A DNA stretch of 64,000 nt from an uncultured Acidimicrobiales bacterium (lineage in GTDB: Bacteria; Actinomycetota; Acidimicrobiia; Acidimicrobiales; UBA10347), in contig CALSSD010000005.1 in the NCBI GenBank assembly GCA_943788915.1, forward strand, positions 1 through 64,000, read 5' to 3'. The translations under genes were made by a program, and so were the position numbers. This document shows, piece after piece, positions 51,390-61,512 of this stretch (position 1 is its first letter; every line of letters starts with the position of its first letter). The notes below the pieces were generated by a model. That model saw only the letters and a program-made list of their open reading frames with translations. It was not told the DNA's origin and made no database searches.

Positions 51390-52355
51390 TTACCCAGCGG
51401 CGGCGATCATCCGGGCAAGCGCATCACTCGACACGTTGGCACCACAGCTGACCGCAACGATGCGTGACCCTGGCGCCTTTGCCGCGTGCGCGGTCGCAGC
51501 AGCGATCGCTACCCCTGCTGCACCTTCGACCAATTGATGATGATCATCGATCATGTTCGTTACCGCGGTGGCGATATCGCGTTCGTTGATATCAACCCAT
51601 TCATCGACCAGGTCTCGACAAATCGCGAACGTGATGCTGTCATCTTCGAGACCTCCAGCGGTGCCGTCGGAGAAGGTCGGCTCGAAGTGGGGCGTGATGA
51701 TCTTGCCGGCCTCGATCGAGGCTGCCATGGCCCGATCGTTTAGCGCAGAAGCACCGATAATCCGGGTGCCTGGTGAATGGGCCTTAACCCAGCTGGCGAT
51801 CCCTGAAATCAAGCCACCGCCACCGACCGAGATCACTACCGAGTCGATGGGACCGCCATCTTCCAGGATCTCTTTGCCGATGGTTCCCTGGCCAGCGATG
51901 ATGAGTGGGTCGTTGTACGGCGATACATACGGCTGGCCCTGAGCGTCGGCATGAGCCCGAGCAGCATTCTCGGCGTCGTTGCTGTCGGTGCTGTCCACGA
52001 TCATGATCTCGGCACCGAGCCGTCGGATCTGGTCGACCTTGGATCGAGAAGCAGTTGATGGCAAGAAGATAGTGGCGGCGATTCCGCGGCTGGCCGCTGC
52101 GGTCGACACACCAATGCCATGGTTGCCCGAGGATGCGGTGACCACTCCAAGCGCTGCCGTGTCGGCATCGAGCGAATGCACAAAGTTGGCCGAACCCCGA
52201 ACCTTGAAACTGCCGGTCAGCTGCAGGTGCTCCGACTTGATCAGAATGTCGGCACCATGTCGTTCCGACAACGGTGCGGAATGGAGCAATGGGGTGCGCA
52301 ACACATGAGGAGCGATGCGGTCTGCCGCAGCCTCGATCTCGGTGGGATCAATCAT
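51390..52355 (-). CDS. Threonine/serine dehydratase family PLP enzyme (no regulatory domain)
   Basis: KSEHLQLTGSFKVRG, SSGNHG, GQGTIG, VGGGGL, EGAAG, CGAN. Confidence 0.9.
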   Translation of the reverse strand: MIDPTEIEAAADRIAPHVLRTPLLHSAPLSERHGADILIKSEHLQLTGSFKVRGSANFVHSLDADTAALGVVTASSGNHGIGVSTAAASRGIAATIFLPSTASRSKVDQIRRLGAEIMIVDSTDSNDAENAARAHADAQGQPYVSPYNDPLIIAGQGTIGKEILEDGGPIDSVVISVGGGGLISGIASWVKAHSPGTRIIGASALNDRAMAASIEAGKIITPHFEPTFSDGTAGGLEDDSITFAICRDLVDEWVDINERDIATAVTNMIDDHHQLVEGAAGVAIAAATAHAAKAPGSRIVAVSCGANVSSDALARMIAAAG

Positions 52356-52450
52356 GGGCTGCATCCTGGCGGGGCATCTGCACAATCCCTATCCCATCGG
52401 CCAATTTCTCGTATACGGGTGTCAGTACCGAAGCCAGTAGGAGCGAAAAG

Positions 52451-53350
52451 TCAGCTCGGCAGTCGGTCCATCACCAATTGCGCCATAGCCGCATCCTGAA
52501 TACCCAACCCGCACAGGTCAACGACAGTCAGATCCTGATCGCTTGTCCGACCTGGTGCCGTTCCGACAAGCACCTGGCCGAGTTCGATCGCCCGACCCAC
52601 GTGATCAGGTGCGTGCTGGAGTTCGCCCACACGGCTGGTGACATTGGTCGAGTCCACGCAGATCACCGCAGCCTGGTCAAGGACGTCTGCTGCCAGTTCT
52701 CGTTTACCAGTCATATCTGCGCCCATAGCGATCACATGCGTCCCTGGGGCGAGCATCGATGCAAACACAAGCGGTTCCCGAGACGGCGTGCAACAAATCA
52801 CGATGTCGGCATCTGCGACTGCAGCTGCGACCGAGTTCGCAGGTTCGGCCTGATTCTCAGCAGCAAACCGTTCCGTCGTTTGTGGCGTTCGACTCCAAAC
52901 CGCCACTGACCCAAGAGCGAACGCGTCTCGTAGTGCCGCGACTTGGAAGGCAGCCTGGAAGCCACCACCGAGAATGGCCAGCCGAGCTGCCTCCGGGCGA
53001 GCGAGTGCGAGAGCACTAACGGCGGAGGCCGCAGCGGTACGCATCTCGGTCAACCATCCACCATCACGAAGTATCGCAACCGGTGCTCCCGTGTGGGCAT
53101 CGAGCACTGCGGTGAATCCGCTATTGCCACCGCCGGGGAACCCACCGGTCGCCGACTTGAACGCAATGACATCGCCGCCGAGATAGGCACCCTTCACATG
53201 AAGTTCACCTCCATGGTCGAGCTTCATAGCCATTTCGTCGGGTGCGATGACGCCGCCCGCTGCGAATGCACAGAATGCGTCGTGTACGGCTTGGCGTGCA
53301 TCGGCAACCGACACAACGTCTCGAATGACTGCTTCCTCGATGATTCGCAT
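52451..53350 (-). CDS. Ornithine cyclodeaminase / mu-crystallin family protein
   Basis: LHVKGAY, LTEMRTAAA, ILGGGFQA, HVIAMGAD, GKREL, GLGIQD. Confidence 0.9.
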   Translation of the reverse strand: MRIIEEAVIRDVVSVADARQAVHDAFCAFAAGGVIAPDEMAMKLDHGGELHVKGAYLGGDVIAFKSATGGFPGGGNSGFTAVLDAHTGAPVAILRDGGWLTEMRTAAASAVSALALARPEAARLAILGGGFQAAFQVAALRDAFALGSVAVWSRTPQTTERFAAENQAEPANSVAAAVADADIVICCTPSREPLVFASMLAPGTHVIAMGADMTGKRELAADVLDQAAVICVDSTNVTSRVGELQHAPDHVGRAIELGQVLVGTAPGRTSDQDLTVVDLCGLGIQDAAMAQLVMDRLPS

Positions 53351-53423
53351 CGGCCAAGTGTGGCAGCTATCCCGCTCCGCTAGGACCACATCCGGTGACG
53401 ATGTCGTGACGTAGTGTTGCCAC

Positions 53424-54299
53424 ATGCCCCTTGAGCCACCTCTCGGACTCGACATCGTCGATCATATTCAGCAGACACGTGACAGTTATGCCCAGCTCGG
53501 CTACGACTCCTACCGGTGGGCCCATGAGCCTGAATCGGCTGCATTCGTGCGCCCGGCGAAGCCGCTGGCCGAAGCCACGGTTGCACTTGTTGCGTCCGGT
53601 GGCGTCTATCAGGCCGGACAGGTCGCCTTCCATCACAAGGACGACACGTCGTACCGACGGATTCCGACCGACGTGGCCACCGCCGACCTACGCACGAGCC
53701 ATTTTGCGTACGACATGACCGATGCTCGGGTTGACCCAAACGTGGTGTTTCCCATCGATGCGCTGCGCGCCATGGTCGACGCTGGCACCATCGGCTCGCT
53801 CACTACCCACGCACTGACCTTCATGGGTGGCATCTACTCCCAGCGACGGCTGACCGAAGAACTGATCCCGGAGCTGAGCAAGGAAATCGCGGCGATGGAG
53901 CCCGATGTTGTGCTCCTCGTACCGGTTTGACCGGTCTGTCATCAGTCAGTTGGACTGATCGCTCGCCATCTCGAATCACAGGGTTTCCCGACAACATCGT
54001 TGTCCTCGTCATGGTCCATCACCGCCAGCGCCAACCCGCCCCGCGCCGCCTTCCTGGACTACCCCCTCGGTCACACGGCCGGTCAGCCAAACGAGTTGGC
54101 CCAACAGATCGAGATCGCTACTGCTGCGTTACAACTGGTCGAGACGGCCACCGAGCCTGGGCAGATCCATGTGCTTCCGCACCAATGGCCAACACCATGG
54201 AAGGCCAAGGCCCGCGAACTCAGCGACAAACGCAGCGAACGATTCGATACCCCGCAGTACGAGCGGGCAGACGACGAGCGAGCCGCGGCTGCGACCTGA
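53424..54299 (+). CDS. GrdB/PrdB-family selenoprotein, 291 aa, predicted Sec169 (TGA at 53928-53930)
   Basis: ORFs 53424-53930 and 54000-54299 share a frame. Read-through gives VVLLVPV-U-PVCHQSVGLIARHLESQGFPT...PPRAAFLDYPLGHTAG. N-half has KPLAEATVALVASGG, DTSYRRIP, SHFAYD, DPNVVFPID, FMG. TAGTGT-N6-ATG. Confidence 0.88.
53941..53959 (+). promoter_or_regulatory. Bacterial SECIS-like hairpin (gene 53424-54299)
   Basis: mRNA UGA-CCGGUCUGUC-AUCAGUC-AGUUG-GACUGAU: perfect 7-bp stem starting 11 nt after UGA, GU in the loop. Confidence 0.8.
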
Positions 54300-54669
54300 T
54301 AGCGCTCACTGTCGATAAGCAGCTGTATCTGCGCGGTCAGCTCCGACGTGTTCAACTCTATGGTCGGCCGCTAACCCGAGCCATCTCGTCGGCATCGCCC
54401 TGACCGGATATGTCGATGCACCGCACGTCGTCTCCAAACTCGTGTTCAGGCGCTGCGACCGCAGGTGCACTTGCAGTGCTGCGACCACAATGAACCCGGC
54501 CCGGCCGGTCTCCGGCTGACGTCGCCAGACACCGCAACAGCCTACGAACCCACGAACACCTCACGAACCGATGGAATGGCGGAACGTTCTACGGCGTCAC
54601 CGGGTTACTACTCATGACGCACTGATCCATGGGATCATCACACAGAACAGAACGACAAGGAGACGGCTA

Positions 54670-55140
54670 ATGGCGACACGAGGCATGCGGCATGCAGTGC
54701 TGTGGGTACGTGATCCTGCAGCCAGCGCTGCGTTCTACGAACAAGCCCTTGGGCTTCAGATAAAAACAACCATGGGCGACGCCGTGTTCATGTCTTCACC
54801 GGACTCGGGCACCGATCACGACTTGGGCTTGTTCAAGGCCGACGGCCCCAAAGCAGGCCAACGGGGTATCGGGCTCTACCACATCGCGTGGGAAATCGGA
54901 ACGCTGGCAGAACTGGTCGAAGCTAAGGAACGGCTGACCGACATGGGCGCCCTGGTTGGCGAAAACAACCATGGTGTGAGCCGGAGTTTGTACTGCCAAG
55001 ATCCCGACGGCATTGAGTTCGAGATCATGTGGGAACTACCACTCGATCTGCTCGACGCCGATGCACCGTCCAATATCCCACTTGACCTCGACGGCGACAT
55101 TGCTCGATGGGGCGCGGACCGCTCCAGCCGCGGCGCCTGA
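54670..55140 (+). CDS. VOC/glyoxalase family protein (catechol 2,3-dioxygenase-like)
   Basis: HAVLWVRD, HDLGLF, GLYHIAWE, HGVSRSLYCQDPDGIEFE. AAGGAG RBS. Confidence 0.9.
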   Translation: MATRGMRHAVLWVRDPAASAAFYEQALGLQIKTTMGDAVFMSSPDSGTDHDLGLFKADGPKAGQRGIGLYHIAWEIGTLAELVEAKERLTDMGALVGENNHGVSRSLYCQDPDGIEFEIMWELPLDLLDADAPSNIPLDLDGDIARWGADRSSRGA

Positions 55141-55149
55141 CCTCGCCCG

Positions 55150-56031
55150 ATGTTTAACCTCGACCAGCCAGGCCGGATCGAGGACAAACGCGACCCAACA
55201 CACACAGAAGCAGCCGTGGTCGAGCCACACGTACCGTCGACAACCCACGATCGGTGGTGGTTCGCTCTCGTCGGGCTGGTAGCCGGGCTTGCGGTCGCAC
55301 TGGTGGCGTGGGTCGCCTGGCCCGAAGGTGATGACCGGATCACTGCGGCCGATGTCGACAGGGCCATCGAAAAGGCATTGGCCCGGCCTCTCGACCAAGC
55401 CGCAGCGTCGCTCGCCTATGACCAGGCCGTCGAGTCGATCGTCGCGATACGTGCCATCAGGAACAACCGCGTCTCGGCCGACGACGATGGCATCACAATT
55501 GGCACCGGCGTCATTATCAATGAACAAGGCCAGATCCTGACCGCCAACCATGTGGTGTTCGGAGCCGACGAGATCGAGCTGCACTTCGCCAACGGCACCG
55601 TGACCGCCGCTCGCCTGCTCACGAATGAAGCCGTGCTCGATATTGCCGTGCTCACCGCCGACGGCCCAACCGGACCAATCACACCCGCAGTATTGGGCAA
55701 TCCCCGCACGTTACAAGTCGGCGATCCGGTGTATGCGATCGGCAACCCTCTTGGCCTGACGGCGTCCATCACCGCAGGAATCATCTCCGGCCTGAACCGT
55801 GACATTCCGTTCCCGGGTGACGACGGCCTGGTGCTCGAAAACCTGATCCAGTTTGATGCCGCGGTGAATCAGGGCAGCTCCGGAGGCCCACTTGTTAACG
55901 CCGATGGCCATGTTGTCGGCATCGTTTCCGCGCTGGCAGACCCAGCAGGCCAAGGTTTCTTCATCGGCATCGGATTTGCCATTCCGATCGATAGTGCGGC
56001 CCGTGGTGCCGCCGAGGGACCATCGCAATAA
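55150..56031 (+). CDS. Membrane-anchored S1C trypsin-like serine protease without PDZ domain
   Basis: N-terminal TM helix; catalytic triad ILTANHV, DIAVL, NQGSSGGP; ends shortly after IGFAIPI. Confidence 0.9.
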   Translation: MFNLDQPGRIEDKRDPTHTEAAVVEPHVPSTTHDRWWFALVGLVAGLAVALVAWVAWPEGDDRITAADVDRAIEKALARPLDQAAASLAYDQAVESIVAIRAIRNNRVSADDDGITIGTGVIINEQGQILTANHVVFGADEIELHFANGTVTAARLLTNEAVLDIAVLTADGPTGPITPAVLGNPRTLQVGDPVYAIGNPLGLTASITAGIISGLNRDIPFPGDDGLVLENLIQFDAAVNQGSSGGPLVNADGHVVGIVSALADPAGQGFFIGIGFAIPIDSAARGAAEGPSQ

Positions 56032-56116
56032 GCCCTCCGCTCTCGCCAACCCGTCGCTCTAAACCCGTCGCACTACCCCGGCACCCGACTACCTCTCTGA
56101 TCCTCTAGGACACTCC

Positions 56117-57144
<1,028 letters not shown>

Positions 57145-57148
<4 letters not shown>

Positions 57149-58053
57149 TTCCCGCGTCGAACACCACCACCCGGGCCGGCCAGACGCCCGAACAGGTGCT
57201 CGACCGCGTCGACTTCACCGTGTTGCGACGCCTCGATGGTCTCCTCCAAGGTGACTACCGATCCCTGATCCGGGGTGGCGGTCTCGACTTCACCGACCTG
57301 CGCAACTATCAGCCCCAAGACGACATTCGCCATATCGACTGGAACGTCACGGCACGAATGAACACACCGTTCGTGCGCCAATATGTCGAGGACCGCGACC
57401 TCACGGCATGGTTCCTGCTGGATCGATCGGCGTCGATGGCGTTCGGTGGCGACCCAAACAAGGCCCAGACGCTCACCGACACGGTCGTGGCAATCGCCCG
57501 ACTGCTTGCCCGTGACGGCAACCGCATCGGCGCGGTGTTGTGGAACAACCGGGTGCAGTCAGTCATGGAACCCCGTAGCGGGCGCAACCAGGTGCTGCGG
57601 CTGGCCAAACACATGCTCACGCCGCCAACAGCTGCCCATGCACCCACTGATCTGGCCAGCCTCGGCCATGCTGCCCTGGCTAGCATCCGGCGGAGGTCTC
57701 TGGTCTTCGTCATAAGTGACTTCGTGAGCGAACCCAGCTGGGAACGCCCACTGGCGATGTTGGCTCGCCGTCACGAGGTCATCGCACTTCGGATAGTAGA
57801 TCCGGCCGAAACAACCCTTCCCGACGCCGGTGTCATTGTCATGCAGGATTCCGAAACCGGTGAACAACTCATGGTCGATACCAGCGATGTGAACTTTCGA
57901 GACCGCTTCGCCCAGGCTGCGCTTCGCCGTGAGCAACTCATTGCCGATTGTGCAAAACGGGCCCAGATGGACCTGCACGAAATCTCTACCGACGACGATC
58001 TTGTGCGTTCGATCATCTCCATGATCGAAGCTCGCACCCGGCGCCGACGGTGA
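57145..58053 (+). CDS. DUF58 domain protein
   Basis: RNYQPQDDIRHIDWNVTAR, DRSASM, ISDF. Confidence 0.93.
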
Positions 58054-59027
58054 CGTTTCTCACACCTCAAGCGTTGTGGGGTTTGTTGCTGATTCCTGCG
58101 CTTGTCCTTTGTTATGGACTGGTTCAGTGGCGAGCAAAGTCGCCATCATCGTTCGCTCTGACCGCTGCAGATGGAGGACGAGCTGCGGCGAGCTGGCGTC
58201 GTCGATTGCCGCCGGTGTTGTTCCTCGTCGCGCTGACAGCAATGCTCTTCAGCCTCGCTCGGCCCGAGGCCAACATCACGCTGCCGGTGCGGACCGGACA
58301 GGTGGTGTTGGCGTTCGACACCTCCAATTCGATGCTCGCCGGCGACGTCGCGCCCAGTCGACTCGCTGTGGCCAAGGCACGAGCGCTTCAGTTCGTGAGT
58401 CGCCAGCCTGGTTCTGTGCAGATCGGCGTCGTGGCCTTCACCAACGGTGGGCTCATTGTGCAGGCGCCGACCAAGGATCAGGCTGCTATCCGGGCTGCGA
58501 TCGAACGACTCACCACCGACGGAGGGACATCGATCGGCGAAGGAATCTTCGCATCGCTGACCGCGATCGCTGACCGCCCCATAGAACTCGACCCCAACGG
58601 GATCGCTACCGATATCGCCGCGCTCGACATCGGTTCGTTCTCAAATGCCGCCATCATCGTGTTCACCGATGGCGAAGAAATCGGCGGCGCCGACCCGATC
58701 GAGATCGCTCGGCTGGCGTCCAGTGCAGGCGTGCCCGTGTACACCGTGGGAATCGGCACGCTCCGCGGAACGGTTGTGCCACTCGACGGATTCAGCATCG
58801 CCACCGCACTAGATGAGTCGATGCTGATCGAGATTGCCGACACCACTGGAGGCGAGTATTACCTGGCTGAGGACAACCCCGACCTGCAAGGCATCTTCGA
58901 CGCCATCGATCGAACCTTCGAGCGACAAGGTGAACGTATCGAGATCACTGCGCTGCTTGCCATGATGGCAATGGCCCTCATTGTGGTTGCCACAGGTTTG
59001 TCTGTGCGCTGGTTTGGGCGGGTCTAA
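58050..59027 (+). CDS. VWA domain membrane protein (BatA-like)
   Basis: GTG start overlapping the DUF58 stop; two N-terminal TM helices, LARP, MIDAS DTSNS, FTDGE, C-terminal TM. Confidence 0.9.
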   Translation: MTFLTPQALWGLLLIPALVLCYGLVQWRAKSPSSFALTAADGGRAAASWRRRLPPVLFLVALTAMLFSLARPEANITLPVRTGQVVLAFDTSNSMLAGDVAPSRLAVAKARALQFVSRQPGSVQIGVVAFTNGGLIVQAPTKDQAAIRAAIERLTTDGGTSIGEGIFASLTAIADRPIELDPNGIATDIAALDIGSFSNAAIIVFTDGEEIGGADPIEIARLASSAGVPVYTVGIGTLRGTVVPLDGFSIATALDESMLIEIADTTGGEYYLAEDNPDLQGIFDAIDRTFERQGERIEITALLAMMAMALIVVATGLSVRWFGRV

Positions 59028-60148
59028 TGCGATTTGTTTGGCCCTTTGCGCTCGGCCTGCTCGTGGTGGTCCCGCTTGTTGCAGGCGGCTACTGGTTGTG
59101 GCAGCGACGCAAGCGCAAGTACGCGGTGCAGTACTCCAGCCTGTCGCTGATTCGTGAAGCCATGCCACCCACGTCTACGTGGCGCAGACATCTGCCTCTT
59201 GGTCTGGTGTTGTTGTCGTTGGCCAGCCTGGCCATCGGTGCAGCTCGACCCCACGCGGTCCGCGATGTCGGACAGAATCGCACCTCGATCATCCTCGCGC
59301 TCGACGTGTCCCGTTCGATGTGTGCGGTTGATGTAGAACCCAACCGGCTTGCCGTTGCCCAAGATGCGGCTCGGGCGTTCATTGCCGAACAGGCAGGTGG
59401 CGCACAGATCGGCATCGTCGCGTTTGCCGGCACGGCCCGCATCATCGTGCCACCGACCGGCGACACCCAGGTGCTGCTCGACGCCGTCGACAACTTCCGC
59501 ACCGCTTTCGGCACCGCCCTCGGCAGCGCACAACTCAAAGCACTCGATGCCATCGCCGCGGTGAATCCCGACGTCGCCCCGTCGAAGGAGTCGGTGCCCA
59601 CCCAGGATCAACCGCCGTCCGCCAACACATTGTTTGCACCCGACATCATCGTGCTGTTGACCGACGGAGCGAACTCCGGTGGACCCGACCCGGTCGAGGC
59701 AGCTCAGGCTGCGGCAGACCGCGGCGTGCGGGTGTTCACCATCGGCTTCGGTACCGACCAACCGACCGAAATGATCTGCGGTGGTACCCAGATTGGTGCC
59801 GATGCATTCGGCAACGGCGAGTTCGGAAGCGACGGGTTCGGCGGCGACAGCTTCGGCGGAGTCACCGGGAGTTTCGGCGGAGGCGGCGGCCGAGGCGGCA
59901 GCGTGGATAACGCACCTCCGCAATTGCTCGTGATCGACGAACCCACACTTGCTGCAATCGCCGAGACGACCGGCGGCGCCTACTTCCGGGCCGCAGACGC
60001 TGACCAGCTGGTCGATGTGTTCCTAAACCTGCCGACGGAGATCGAGCTACAACAGGAAGAGGTCGAGATCAGCGTGTGGTTCACCGCCGCTGGTTTCGTT
60101 TTGCTGCTCGTTGCCGTGGTTGCCTCGCAGCGATTTAACCGGTGGTGA
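59027..60148 (+). CDS. VWA domain membrane protein (BatA/B-like) with FG/Gly-rich insert
   Basis: MRFVWP, AARP, MIDAS DVSRS, LLTDG, TGGAYF, C-terminal TM. Confidence 0.9.
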   Translation: MRFVWPFALGLLVVVPLVAGGYWLWQRRKRKYAVQYSSLSLIREAMPPTSTWRRHLPLGLVLLSLASLAIGAARPHAVRDVGQNRTSIILALDVSRSMCAVDVEPNRLAVAQDAARAFIAEQAGGAQIGIVAFAGTARIIVPPTGDTQVLLDAVDNFRTAFGTALGSAQLKALDAIAAVNPDVAPSKESVPTQDQPPSANTLFAPDIIVLLTDGANSGGPDPVEAAQAAADRGVRVFTIGFGTDQPTEMICGGTQIGADAFGNGEFGSDGFGGDSFGGVTGSFGGGGGRGGSVDNAPPQLLVIDEPTLAAIAETTGGAYFRAADADQLVDVFLNLPTEIELQQEEVEISVWFTAAGFVLLLVAVVASQRFNRW

Positions 60149-60170
60149 GACGGAACCCCCCACCCGACCG

Positions 60171-61010
60171 TTAAAACCCGAAGTTTGGCAGCGGGTTCAC
60201 ATTGGTGACAATGTCGTTTGCCCGTCCAGTAATGGCTGGTTTTGCATCTTCATGGGTCAGAATCCAGAAGTCATCGTTGATGACAGCGTCGCATACCGCT
60301 GCGGCGACTACGTCGGCCTGTATGCCACCAGCGACGAGCGCGTCGATGATCTGTTTCATTGCTGTCGACTCTTCGGTCGGCTCTTCGTGTAACTCGGCTG
60401 GCAGGTTGCGAGCACTATCAGCGATACCCGTCTGGACAAAGGCGGGACACAACACCGACACACCAACGTTGGCCCCGGCAACCTGCATCTCTCGTGACAT
60501 CGTTTCGGAGAGCGCGACCACACCGAACTTCGACACGTTGTAGGCGCCCATGAATGCCGACGCGTAATGGCCAGCCATCGATGCGGTATTTACGATGTGT
60601 GCGCCTTCGCCGTGTTCGATCATTGCTGGCAAGAACGTCTTACATCCATAGATCACGCCCCACAGGTTGATGTCGATCGTCCACCGCCACCGCTCCATGT
60701 CATCAACACCGGCGACAGCGCCCCCGGCGCCAACCCCGGCGTTGTTGCACAACAGATGCACATTGCCGAATCGTTCGTTGGCGGCTGCTTCGAGCGCCTG
60801 GATCTGTGCAAGTTCGCGCACATCGATATCGAACGACTCGACGGGGTATCCCTTGGCCTCGAGGGCTTGCACCGCTTCGGCAAGAGGGGCTGGCTCGATA
60901 TCGGCGACCACCAGATTCATACCTTCGGCACCGAAACGACGCGCCATAGCCAGCCCAATGCCACTGGCGGCACCTGTGATGACAGCGGTTTTACCTGCGA
61001 GTTGTTCCAT
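60171..61010 (-). CDS. Short-chain dehydrogenase/reductase
   Basis: TGAASGIG, CNNAGV, NTASMAG, YNVSK. Confidence 0.93.
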   Translation of the reverse strand: MEQLAGKTAVITGAASGIGLAMARRFGAEGMNLVVADIEPAPLAEAVQALEAKGYPVESFDIDVRELAQIQALEAAANERFGNVHLLCNNAGVGAGGAVAGVDDMERWRWTIDINLWGVIYGCKTFLPAMIEHGEGAHIVNTASMAGHYASAFMGAYNVSKFGVVALSETMSREMQVAGANVGVSVLCPAFVQTGIADSARNLPAELHEEPTEESTAMKQIIDALVAGGIQADVVAAAVCDAVINDDFWILTHEDAKPAITGRANDIVTNVNPLPNFGF

Positions 61011-61027
61011 GACAATTGTCTAGCGGT

Positions 61028-61432
61028 TTAGCTGGCCGACTCCTCATAGTCGTAACCAATCAGGCCGGTGTCGAGCTCGGTTGGATCGAACGTCCAGTAC
61101 TGACGAATCTCATCTATAAGAGAGTCGGCAAACCGGTAGTGCTCCGACCCTCGGAAGGTGAATGGTTCGTTGTTCTTGGGGTCGGTCCCGGTCATCGACC
61201 ACTCGATCGCTGCGTTGGCACCGTCGGCGATACACGAATCGACCGACCATCGAGCCCCGTCCCAACGTTCGCGCACCTTCACCCACATGGCACCGATCGC
61301 CTCGGCGCCGTGTATCGGCCGGACATTCGTATCGAAGATCACAGCATCGACGGTGAAATGCGAGGCGATGTCAAGGGCCGTGCCTTTGCTGCACATCGCG
61401 AAGTACTGAATGATCCGATCATGGGGAGTCAT
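61028..61432 (-). CDS. NTF2-like/SnoaL-like protein
   Basis: FTVDAVIFD, AAIEWSM, RGSEHYRF, IDEIRQYW. Confidence 0.8.
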   Translation of the reverse strand: MTPHDRIIQYFAMCSKGTALDIASHFTVDAVIFDTNVRPIHGAEAIGAMWVKVRERWDGARWSVDSCIADGANAAIEWSMTGTDPKNNEPFTFRGSEHYRFADSLIDEIRQYWTFDPTELDTGLIGYDYEESAS

Positions 61433-61512
61433 GGTCCCATCCTTGCTGTGACAGCGCCGCGGAGCAAGACGCACTATTCGCCTCGGCGGGTTGGGCGATC
61501 TAAGGTCACAGC

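Noticed and set aside
53359..53424. Inverted repeat TGTGGCA...TGCCACA in the OCD/selenoprotein divergent spacer
   Set aside because: Only 7 bp with a 52-nt gap, and it overlaps the two promoter regions, so chance cannot be excluded.
53927..54403. ORF 53927-54403 as the partner gene after the 168-aa ORF
   Set aside because: A different frame with no family motifs; the PrdB-like continuation is in frame with 53424.
54544..56071. Short repeats (ACGAAC x3 near 54544-54569; AACCCGTCGC x2 near 56048-56071) as CRISPR or iterons
   Set aside because: Too short, too few and irregularly spaced; no cas or rep genes.
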